DNA of 64,000 nucleotides from an uncultured Poribacteria bacterium (GTDB lineage Bacteria; Poribacteria; WGA-4E; WGA-3G): NCBI GenBank assembly GCA_958296135.2, contig CATQHZ020000001.1, positions 1,184,001 to 1,248,000 of the forward strand, read 5' to 3'. Shown piece by piece: positions 1 to 7,641 of this stretch (position 1 is its first letter; each line of letters starts with the position of its first letter). The notes under the pieces were generated by a model. It saw only the letters and a program-made list of their open reading frames with translations, ran no database searches and was not told where the DNA came from. The position numbers and the translations under genes were made by a program.

Positions 1-628
1 CGCCGGGGTTGATTGCCCCGTTAATGATGCCCGGCAGTTGGATGGCGGTGGCGGTTTCGGGGAGGTTATTCGATTCTGTCTCAAGCGTGTCGTGGGTGTG
101 ACTGACTTCAAAGGGCCAGGCGGTGGAGGTGCCGTTTTTGCCGACGATGCGCATCTCTCGCGTGCCGATAGGGGCATCGGGAGAGATGGCTATCTGTGCA
201 GTCAACCCGCCGCTTGCCCGCGCGGCTGATTTGAGATAGGCGGCGATTTTGCCTGCGTCATTGGCACTAATCTCTGCGCCCTTTTCTGTAATCATCCGTT
301 GCACGGTGGCTTCCCACTGTGCGGGTGTCATAGAGCGGTTATTGGGGGAACGGAGTTCGTGGCACTGCCCACAATTCGCCTTGAAGACAGGTTGATGCGT
401 GTTATCAATTTCGCCGCCGCCTGCGTGAAGTTCGCCCGTGATGCCGGGTTCGCCTTCAATGATGAGCGTATGCGCGCCCTTTAAATCTGCACCTTGCACC
501 TTCATCTCAACTGTGGTGCCGACTTGTCCGCCTGCAGGAAATAGGGAATTGAGGCGCGGCTGGTTTCCTTGCGCAAAAAGGAGGCCCGGGAAGATAACAG
601 CTATTAAAAAGACGGTGACTTTTCTCAT
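1..628 (-). CDS. Secreted protein, partial (3' end beyond window); PPC/IPT-like N-terminus with a c-type heme motif
   Basis: Hand translation from ATG 628: MRKVTVFLIAVIFPGLLFAQGNQPRLNSLFPAGGQVGTTVEMKVQG...ANCGQCHELR. Signal peptide, FPAGGQxG motif of DUF1501-cluster PPC proteins, CxxCH at ~359-373. Confidence 0.7.
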   Translation of the reverse strand, partial: MRKVTVFLIAVIFPGLLFAQGNQPRLNSLFPAGGQVGTTVEMKVQGADLKGAHTLIIEGEPGITGELHAGGGEIDNTHQPVFKANCGQCHELRSPNNRSMTPAQWEATVQRMITEKGAEISANDAGKIAAYLKSAARASGGLTAQIAISPDAPIGTREMRIVGKNGTSTAWPFEVSHTHDTLETESNNLPETATAIQLPGIINGAINPG

Positions 629-629
629 C

Positions 630-1622
630 TTACTGCTCCTTGAACTCGTGGATTAATTGCGCCCTGCGGAGATGCCAGATGCGCGCTACGCCGTCACGTC
701 CGCCCGCGGCGACGAGTTGCCCGTTTGGGCTGAGCTGCACGGCGTAAACGGCATCGGTTGGCTCGTCAAAGGTGCGGCGGCGGTTGCCGGAACGCAGATT
801 CCAAATCATCACGGAAGTATCCGCGCTGCCAGAGGCGATGATTTCTTGGTTGTTCCATACGCCGCAGTCAACGCTGTAGACAGGGGCTTGGTGCCCGTTG
901 TATTCACGAACTAGCGCGCCGGTGTAGGCTTCAGGCCTTGCTGTTACGCGCCACGAGCGAATGGTATTATCGGCGGAACCGGAGACGATGAGTCCATCGC
1001 CTGCTGCGTAAGCGAGACTATAGACAGCGTCGTCGTTGCCATCAAAATTGACGAGGACGGTGTGGTTTTCAGGGTGCCACACCTTAATCGTTTTATCCTC
1101 GCTGCCTGTTACAAAGTAGGTGCCGTCAGGATGATACAAGGCGCAAAGCACGCGTCCGACGTGTTGGCTGAGCCATGTCGCCGTTTCCTGGCTCTCTTCC
1201 GCTTCTTGCGTGATGTTGAGGACAGCACTGTATTCGTCCATGCTCGCCGTTAACAATTTCGTTTCGTCTGGGCTGATGGCGATAGACTCGATCGTATCGG
1301 CGTGAATATCAAGCGTGTTGAGCAGTTCTTCAGATGCGACATTCCAGATGCGAATTTCGCCGCTTCGGGCGGCTAGTCCGCCGCCTGCGAACAACTTTTT
1401 TCCGTCGCGTGAAAACGTCAGGCACCGCACTGCGCTGGCGTGCGGTTCATAGGTATGGATGATGCGCTGCGTTTCTAAGTCCCACACCTCAATCCACTGA
1501 TATTTGCCGACAGCGATGGTTTTCCCGTCGGGGCTAAATTGGAGTGCCCAGATGGGAGATTGCGCGGCATACACGGGTGTGAGGAGCAACAGCAGCGTTA
1601 AGACGAAGAAATAAGGTTTCAT
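630..1622 (-). CDS. Secreted WD40-repeat protein
   Basis: Repeated WD-type units (SGSADNTIRSW, GHQAPVYSV...WN); signal peptide from ATG 1622 (ORF track extends to 1661). Confidence 0.9.
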   Translation of the reverse strand: MKPYFFVLTLLLLLTPVYAAQSPIWALQFSPDGKTIAVGKYQWIEVWDLETQRIIHTYEPHASAVRCLTFSRDGKKLFAGGGLAARSGEIRIWNVASEELLNTLDIHADTIESIAISPDETKLLTASMDEYSAVLNITQEAEESQETATWLSQHVGRVLCALYHPDGTYFVTGSEDKTIKVWHPENHTVLVNFDGNDDAVYSLAYAAGDGLIVSGSADNTIRSWRVTARPEAYTGALVREYNGHQAPVYSVDCGVWNNQEIIASGSADTSVMIWNLRSGNRRRTFDEPTDAVYAVQLSPNGQLVAAGGRDGVARIWHLRRAQLIHEFKEQ

Positions 1623-1707
1623 CTTGGATAGCGTGGGCGCGGTTTGATGAAGTTTCAGCAATTAATCAGACCATTTTTCTGACATAAACATCCTTTAGGA
1701 TGTGGGC

Positions 1708-1928
1708 ATCGAGACGCGGGCGGGTTTGTCCCGTTTCCGAATCGAGACGCGGGAGTGTTCATCGAGCCCGGGAGGTTTCTCCTACCGGGGGAATCGAGAC
1801 CAGGAGGTTTCTCCTACCGGGGGAATCGAGACCAGGAGGTCTCTCCTACCGGGCGGTTTGTCCCGTTTCCGAATCGAGACGCGGGCGGTCTCTCCTACCG
1901 GGGTGTTCTGCATGAAACCGCGCCTACC
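1708..1928. repeat. Cluster of GTAG-type REP-like palindromes (family B GTAGGAGAGACCTCCYGGTCTCGA; family C at the right end)
   Basis: Repeated 'atcgagac..ggaggtttctcctacc' units; the same family recurs at ~40090, 44270, 47025, 56845, 57790 and 59283. Confidence 0.85.
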
Positions 1929-1936
1929 GGTTGCAA

Positions 1937-3367
1937 TTACGCCAGAACGCCGCGGATAGGTCTGCCGCCGCGCGAGAGCACAATGCGGACCCCGTCAGGC
2001 GATTCTAGGCTTTGGTTGTAATCGATGCCGAGGCTCTGATAGATAGTCGCCGAGAGATCTTCTGGGCGCACCGGTGTTTCGGCGGGTTCCATTCCGTTCG
2101 GATCGGATGCGCCGATGACTTGTCCGCCCTGGACACCGCCGCCTGCTAACATCATGGAGAAGACGCGCGAGTGATGGTCCCGGCCGCCATTCTGATTGAT
2201 AACCGGTGTTCTGCCGAATTCGCCCATTGCGATGACAAGCGTGCTGTCTAGTAACCCGCGGTTCTCCAAGTCATCGACAAGGGTGGCCACCGTCCGGTCG
2301 AACTGCGAGAGTTTGCCGGGGAGCGTGGAGAAGATGCTGTTGTGGTTGTCCCAGCCGCCGTTGCTCACGGTGACGAAGTTGACACCGGCTTCTACCAGTC
2401 GCCTTGCAAGCAGGCAGCTCTGTCCGAAAGCGTTGCGCTGATATGCGTTGCGCATACTCCCCGGTTCGTTGTTGAGCTCGAACGCGGCGCGCGCGTCGGC
2501 GGAGCTCATCAGGTTGTAAGCGGAGGTATAGAAACTATCCACTGCCTTTGCCGTGGGGTTTCCTGCCTCATACTTCTTGAAGGCGGCATCGACGGCTTGC
2601 CGCAAGGAGCGTCGGCGTTCAACGCGTTCAAAGGAGACCCCTTTCGGCGGCTGTAAATCGCGCACCTTGAAATTTTTGTTCGCTGGGTTTCCGCCGGGTG
2701 AGAAGGGGGCGAGGGATGCGCCTAGGAACCCGCCGCCGCCATACGCGATTGGCGCGGGGACAGCGATGTAGGGCGGCAAGGCACTCCGCTGTTCCTTGAG
2801 TTTAGAGACGACGGCCCCGTACCCTGGTACGGCGAAACCCGGTAGCGGTTGATAGCCTGTCATCATGTAGTGTGTGCCGCGTTCGTGGGCTGCCTCCGGC
2901 GATGTCATCGAACGGATGATGCAGAGTTTATCCATCTGTTGCGCGAGTTTCGGCATGTGTTCGCTAATCTGGATGCCGGTGACGTTCGTGGCAATCGGCT
3001 TGAAGAGTCCGCGGATTTCCTCGGGTGCGTCCGGCTTCAGATCCCACATATCAAGATGACTCGGTCCGCCGCCGAGCCATAGGAGGATAACCGATTTGGC
3101 GGTGCCTTCAGACACGAGCGATTGGGCAACTGCTTCTCCATGCGCTTCCGTGGTCGGGTTTGCAGCGGCTTTCAGGCGGAACAAGTCGGTGAGGCTGAGC
3201 CCGAACAAGCCGAGCACGCCTGCCTTGATAAAATCTCTGCGATGAAATCCTTCGCAATCGGTCTTTTGTATTGGCGCAAAGCGTTCGTGAGCGTTTGCTG
3301 GTGCAATGCCAGTTGTTTGCCGGCTCTGCTTGCGCCGTTGTTGCAAGCTGCGTTTCTTGGATGACAT
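1937..3367 (-). CDS. DUF1501 domain protein
   Basis: RRDF twin-Arg-like N-terminus, LGGGPSHLDMWDLKP, GWDNH, MGEFGRTP, GRDH motifs. Confidence 0.92.
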   Translation of the reverse strand: MSSKKRSLQQRRKQSRQTTGIAPANAHERFAPIQKTDCEGFHRRDFIKAGVLGLFGLSLTDLFRLKAAANPTTEAHGEAVAQSLVSEGTAKSVILLWLGGGPSHLDMWDLKPDAPEEIRGLFKPIATNVTGIQISEHMPKLAQQMDKLCIIRSMTSPEAAHERGTHYMMTGYQPLPGFAVPGYGAVVSKLKEQRSALPPYIAVPAPIAYGGGGFLGASLAPFSPGGNPANKNFKVRDLQPPKGVSFERVERRRSLRQAVDAAFKKYEAGNPTAKAVDSFYTSAYNLMSSADARAAFELNNEPGSMRNAYQRNAFGQSCLLARRLVEAGVNFVTVSNGGWDNHNSIFSTLPGKLSQFDRTVATLVDDLENRGLLDSTLVIAMGEFGRTPVINQNGGRDHHSRVFSMMLAGGGVQGGQVIGASDPNGMEPAETPVRPEDLSATIYQSLGIDYNQSLESPDGVRIVLSRGGRPIRGVLA

Positions 3368-3467
3368 GGTAAGGCCCCCTGTCTTAATTCGGGTTCCGGT
3401 AGCAATTCTACCGAAATATTTCGGCAGGTTGCGGAAGTCTTATGAGGATAAGGCGTTTCGGTTGCGC

Positions 3468-3707
3468 CTATTTGCTGAGGTTCTGCATGAACGCTTCGAG
3501 GCTCTCCGGGCGCGCCGCTGCGGCGAGGAGCAGCTGTTGGAGGCGTTGCACATCGTCAATTTTCTCCAGCGTTGGTTTCAGAGCCTGCACTGCGTCAGGG
3601 TGGAATTGCAAGCTGAGCAACGCCAAAATGTCGTCAATCCTCGCTTCAATTCTACCCTCGTCCCTTGCCTCTTCCATGTAAAGTTGGACAAAAGCAGATT
3701 CTAACAT
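3468..3707 (-). CDS. Orphan RpnS-like small protein, copy 3 (79 aa)
   Basis: SD GGAGG 5 nt before ATG 3707; near-identical to the C-terminus of the Rpn gene. Confidence 0.7.
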   Translation of the reverse strand: MLESAFVQLYMEEARDEGRIEARIDDILALLSLQFHPDAVQALKPTLEKIDDVQRLQQLLLAAAARPESLEAFMQNLSK

Positions 3708-3870
3708 GATCCCCTCCGGTAAGAAATAGCGGATGAGGCGCGGATTATGAGCCAACCCGCCCAACACCCCTGCTGCTTCAAATAAGAGATGCCGCGTCGA
3801 CTCGTCTGTCCGAGAAGTCGCTATCGCATTTAGACATTGCTCCACCCAAGGATGGGTGTCTCGGTTTCGG

Positions 3871-4107
3871 CTATTTGCTGAGGTTCTGCATGAACGCTTC
3901 GAGGCTCTCCGGGCGCGCTGCGGCGAGATGCAACTGCTGGAGGCGTTGCACATCGTCAATTTTCTCCAGCGTTGGTTTCAGGGCTTGCACGGCATCCGGG
4001 TGGAATTGCAAGCTGAGCAACGCTAGGATAGAGTCAATAGTGGCATCTATCCTGCCCTTTTCTTTCGCCTCTTCCATGTAAAGTTGGACAAAAGCAGATT
4101 CTAACAT
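3871..4107 (-). CDS. Orphan RpnS-like small protein, copy 2 (78 aa)
   Basis: SD GGAGG 5 nt before ATG 4107; near-identical to the C-terminus of the Rpn gene. Confidence 0.7.
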   Translation of the reverse strand: MLESAFVQLYMEEAKEKGRIDATIDSILALLSLQFHPDAVQALKPTLEKIDDVQRLQQLHLAAARPESLEAFMQNLSK

Positions 4108-4276
4108 GATCCCCTCCGGTAAGAAATAGCGGATGAGGCGCGGATTATGAGCCAACCCGCCCAACACCCCTGCTGCTTCAAATAAGAGATGCCGCGTTGA
4201 CTCGTCTGTCCGAGAAGTCGCTATCGCATTTAGACATTGCTCCACCCAAGGATGGGTGTCTCGGTTTCGGTTGCGT

Positions 4277-5152
4277 CTAGTTGCTGAGGTTCTGCATGAA
4301 CGCTTCGAGGCTCTCCGGGCGCGCTGCGGCGAGATGCAACTGCTGGAGGCGTTGCACATCGTCAATTTTCTCCAGCGTTGGTTTCAGGGCTTGCACGGCA
4401 TCCGGGTGGAATTGCAAGCTGAGCAACGCCAAAATGTCGTCGATCCTCGCATTTATCTCGCCCTCTTTTCTCGCTTCTTCCATGTAAAGTTGGACAAAAG
4501 CAGATTCTAACATGATCCCCTCCGGTAAGAAATAGCGGATGAGGCGCGGATTATGAGCCAACCCGCCCAACACCCCTGCTGCTTCAAATAAGAGATGCCG
4601 CGTCGACTCGTCTGTCCGAGAAGTCGCTATCGCATCAAAACATTTCTCCAACCACCGGTCCGGTTGCATCCGCTCCGGCGGCTTCATCAACGGTGTAAAA
4701 GGCAACAGCCCCGGTGTCTGCATCTCCAAGATGGCTTCGCCTTCAAAATCGGCCAACCGAATCACCTTGTAGCGGAGTTGAAAGTGGTAGTCCGTGCCAC
4801 GCCCGTATTCGTGGATGCCCGTGTCGTTTCGTCCTGCCCTCGGGTGCAGGTAGAGGACGTTGCAGTAGACGTTCAGTTCGTGGGCGTGGTTGAGAAAGCC
4901 GTTGTATCCGGCGAGTCTCATTCCAATCGGTTTGCCACTGGTGTGGGTTTGCACCTCGGTGTGAAAGATGGCAATTTCATCGGGGAACTGCACGCGCATG
5001 GTGCAGTCTGTGCGATGCGCCTTGAGCGTTGCCTGTTCCGACTCAAGATTGGCCAGTACCTTGACGTTCGCGTCGCCGAGGACGAACTGTGCGAACGCGT
5101 CGGCGTGTTCAAGTATGATATATTTGACAGTGTTGTCGTATTGTTGAGCCAT
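4277..5152 (-). CDS. Rpn-family (recombination-promoting nuclease/putative transposase) PD-(D/E)xK-like protein with a probable nested small ORF 4277-4513
   Basis: YDNTVKY N-terminus, RTD...HTEVQT catalytic-like motif, GLLPFTPL, EEARKEG C-terminal pattern. Confidence 0.85.
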   Translation of the reverse strand: MAQQYDNTVKYIILEHADAFAQFVLGDANVKVLANLESEQATLKAHRTDCTMRVQFPDEIAIFHTEVQTHTSGKPIGMRLAGYNGFLNHAHELNVYCNVLYLHPRAGRNDTGIHEYGRGTDYHFQLRYKVIRLADFEGEAILEMQTPGLLPFTPLMKPPERMQPDRWLEKCFDAIATSRTDESTRHLLFEAAGVLGGLAHNPRLIRYFLPEGIMLESAFVQLYMEEARKEGEINARIDDILALLSLQFHPDAVQALKPTLEKIDDVQRLQQLHLAAARPESLEAFMQNLSN

Positions 5153-5157
5153 CGAAA

Positions 5158-5187
5158 ATAATACCCTTTTTTGTAGGATGATGTCAA
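5158..5187 (-). promoter_or_regulatory. Sigma70-type promoter of the Rpn gene, probably giving a leaderless mRNA
   Basis: TTGACA-18-TATTAT on the minus strand, ending 5 nt before ATG 5152; no SD. Confidence 0.6.
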
Positions 5188-5279
5188 GCGTTTTTTTGCA
5201 TTGACACCACTATTTTATCATATTGAATGCGCAAGAAACCAGCATTAAGCAAAAAATCTGCTAAAGTGCGAGTGTTTTT

Positions 5280-6719
5280 CTATTTGCGCGATTTCCGGAG
5301 TCTTTTAATCCATCGGCGCGCCGCTGCCAGCTCGGTGTCAAACGGCTCTTTTATTTCAAAACATTCGGTATGCCCTGCGTAGACGTGATGCCAATCGACA
5401 ATGCACGGCATCCGATTTTCATAGAGGTTGTGCATCAGAAACGAGCGGACCTTGGCGCGCGTATCCTGAGGTGCATTCTCAATTGCGTGCTCAATCTGCG
5501 TGTCCGTTACAACCCGTTGCATGAAGCCCTGTTCTTCCAAGGCGTAGTAAAGTCCGCTATCCGGATGGATGTTATGATACGCCAAGTCTTGGCTCTTAAT
5601 CCACGGGTCATCCCAGTCCAGCCCTTCTTCGGCAATGAACGTGTCGAGGAGCATTTTCTTTGCGGCCCAATCGACGCGGTCGGTGACGAGCTGCCAGTCT
5701 TTCTCCAGGTCATCGAGTATCCGTTCCCATTCAGTCAGCACCCACACGGTTTCCGCGTCCTGGTCTGCAGGGACATATTTCTGGACGAATTGGAGGTATT
5801 CCCTTTGCAGTTCTATGGCACGGGCGGTTTCTCCTGTCACCAATTCGAGGTTCCAGTCGAAGGTGCTGTCTCGCGAGACTTGCCGAATGGCATAAACCGG
5901 ATCGGCGAGGACGAGATTGGGTAGCGGCAGTTTCTCACCGTTTTCCCGATGGAATTCTTCGAGGGCGGCGAGGAGCAGGGCTGTGGTGCCTACCTTCAGC
6001 GCGGTTGCAAACTCCGACATATTGGAATCCCCGACGAGGAGGTGGAGTCTGCGGTATTTCGTGAAATCGCTGAGCGGTTCATCGCGTGTGTTGATGATGG
6101 CGCGGCTAAACTGGATCCACTCGTAAATTTCGGCGACGATGTGGTCTGCGCGTTGCGAGATCTGGTAGTCTGGAAAGTCCTCGAAATCGCCGTAAATTCC
6201 GGCGTATTCTCCCATTTCATCGTGTGCACCGACTCTGCCTGCGCCCGCGTAAATCTGCCGGGTGACGAAGAAGGCCATGAGCGTCGGAATGACGATTTTA
6301 TAGAAGGGTACTCTTCGGCTGACTTGGAAATTTTCGTGACAGCCAAACGTCGCCCCCGTGAAGTGGTCGATGTTGTTTTTGAAAAAGGCGGTACGTAACC
6401 CGGTGCCCTCTAGTATTCTGACGATGACGCGCTCAATTGCTTTATCGTAAGCGATGAGGTCGAACAGCGAGCCGCACTCGGGCGTGGCGTATTCAAGGTG
6501 CCCCATATCAATGTAGAGGCGGCCGCCGTTGAAGAGGAACCCGCCGTTGCCGGGCGGTTCTCCCCAGTCGCGGTAGTGGATATCGCGGATGCCGAGTTCG
6601 AGCGCGTTGAAGACGTAGTCGCGCACGCGCGCCGCAACGCCTTCCGAGGTGCCGCGTGTTCCTTCCTGCTGCATCATGCAGCCAAATTCTGTTTCAATGC
6701 CAAAAATTCGGTTTTTCAT
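5280..6719 (-). CDS. pafA: PafA-family UBact/Pup-protein ligase
   Basis: RIFGIETEFG, NGGRLYIDMGHLEYATPEC, GCHENF, RAIINTRDEP, YRRLHLLVGDSNMSE; last gene of the proteasome operon. Confidence 0.92.
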   Translation of the reverse strand: MKNRIFGIETEFGCMMQQEGTRGTSEGVAARVRDYVFNALELGIRDIHYRDWGEPPGNGGFLFNGGRLYIDMGHLEYATPECGSLFDLIAYDKAIERVIVRILEGTGLRTAFFKNNIDHFTGATFGCHENFQVSRRVPFYKIVIPTLMAFFVTRQIYAGAGRVGAHDEMGEYAGIYGDFEDFPDYQISQRADHIVAEIYEWIQFSRAIINTRDEPLSDFTKYRRLHLLVGDSNMSEFATALKVGTTALLLAALEEFHRENGEKLPLPNLVLADPVYAIRQVSRDSTFDWNLELVTGETARAIELQREYLQFVQKYVPADQDAETVWVLTEWERILDDLEKDWQLVTDRVDWAAKKMLLDTFIAEEGLDWDDPWIKSQDLAYHNIHPDSGLYYALEEQGFMQRVVTDTQIEHAIENAPQDTRAKVRSFLMHNLYENRMPCIVDWHHVYAGHTECFEIKEPFDTELAAARRWIKRLRKSRK

Positions 6720-6833
6720 AGGAGGCCGGGGCAATCACGTTTCTTTACGTAATTTGTCATTGATGTTGTTGATGCCTACGTTTCGGTTTGAACGTTCGCG
6801 GGGGACGGCCCCCCGCGCTACGGGCTGTGTTTG

Positions 6834-7610
6834 TTAATTCCATGCTTCTAGGGCTGCCTGAATTTCTACGGGGCTGAGCAGTCGGAACTTGCTTGCGCCG
6901 CGCTGCGTCGTTTCCAAAACGCCTGCCTCAATTTCGCCATCTTTCAGAGCTTCGTCGACGATTGCGCGCATCTGTTCTGCGTCAATGTCGGGTTCATCTT
7001 CCGGATCTTCGCTGTCCCGCAGGCTTAATTCCTTGCCGACTGCCCACGTTTCAAGTCCGAATTGCAATGCGGCGTTTAAACCCAGGTCTGCCTGCGCGGG
7101 CGCGTTGGCGAGGTAGCTTTTCATCCGTTCTTCAATTATTTCTGTTCCCCCGAGGACTGATGCCACGGTGTCTGTTCGGACGTTGCCATCGTAGTTAATC
7201 AATGTCCACCGGTTTTGTTCAGGTGCGTTGCCGAGTTCGGCGAGCAACATTTTGATGATGAACGCCTCTCCGACAATTGACTCAAACGCCTGTTTGAAGG
7301 TATGCGCCAACACAAAGTTTGTCAAGCGATGTAGGTTCACGTCCTCTGTGGCGTTTTGAAAGCCTTGGACGCTGGCGGTGTCGGTGACGAGCATCCGAAG
7401 ACGTTCAATATCCGCGGGGTGGCCGATTGCGGAGAGTGCAATCCGGTCGTGTACCTCAAAGATTTTCCGCTGTCCTCTGCCGATAGTCAGCATCACCATG
7501 CCTTCGTTATATCCGAGTCCGACGACGGGACTGCCGAGTCGGAGCTGGTCTTCGATGTAATCTCGCCGGTCTTGAATTGCTTCTATCCAGCGATAGGGTT
7601 CGTCTCGCAT
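6834..7610 (-). CDS. prcA: Proteasome subunit alpha
   Basis: MRDEPYRW..., GSPVVGL, RKIFEVHDRIALSAIG; RBS AAGGA before ATG 7610. Confidence 0.9.
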   Translation of the reverse strand: MRDEPYRWIEAIQDRRDYIEDQLRLGSPVVGLGYNEGMVMLTIGRGQRKIFEVHDRIALSAIGHPADIERLRMLVTDTASVQGFQNATEDVNLHRLTNFVLAHTFKQAFESIVGEAFIIKMLLAELGNAPEQNRWTLINYDGNVRTDTVASVLGGTEIIEERMKSYLANAPAQADLGLNAALQFGLETWAVGKELSLRDSEDPEDEPDIDAEQMRAIVDEALKDGEIEAGVLETTQRGASKFRLLSPVEIQAALEAWN

Positions 7611-7641
7611 ATTTTTCCTTTGCGATTGCTTGTTAATTCGG

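Larger units (their letters stand above)
3468..4634. repeat. Three tandem ~400-bp direct repeats of the Rpn 3' end
   Basis: Internal ATGs at 3707, 4107 and 4513 (periods 400 and 406 bp); near-identical except a ~45-bp patch. Confidence 0.95.

Noticed and set aside
1700-2021. Short repetitive ORFs (also 27862-28422, 27957-28334, 56863-57087)
   Set aside because: These are translations of REP or tandem-repeat DNA.
3708-4365. 163/164-aa ORF-track versions of the Rpn repeats
   Set aside because: Their N-termini are off-frame read-through of the preceding unit; the SD-led internal ATGs are more credible.
3468-4634. Diversity-generating retroelement TR/VR pair
   Set aside because: No reverse transcriptase in the window; differences include synonymous and non-adenine changes, which fit paralog recombination better.
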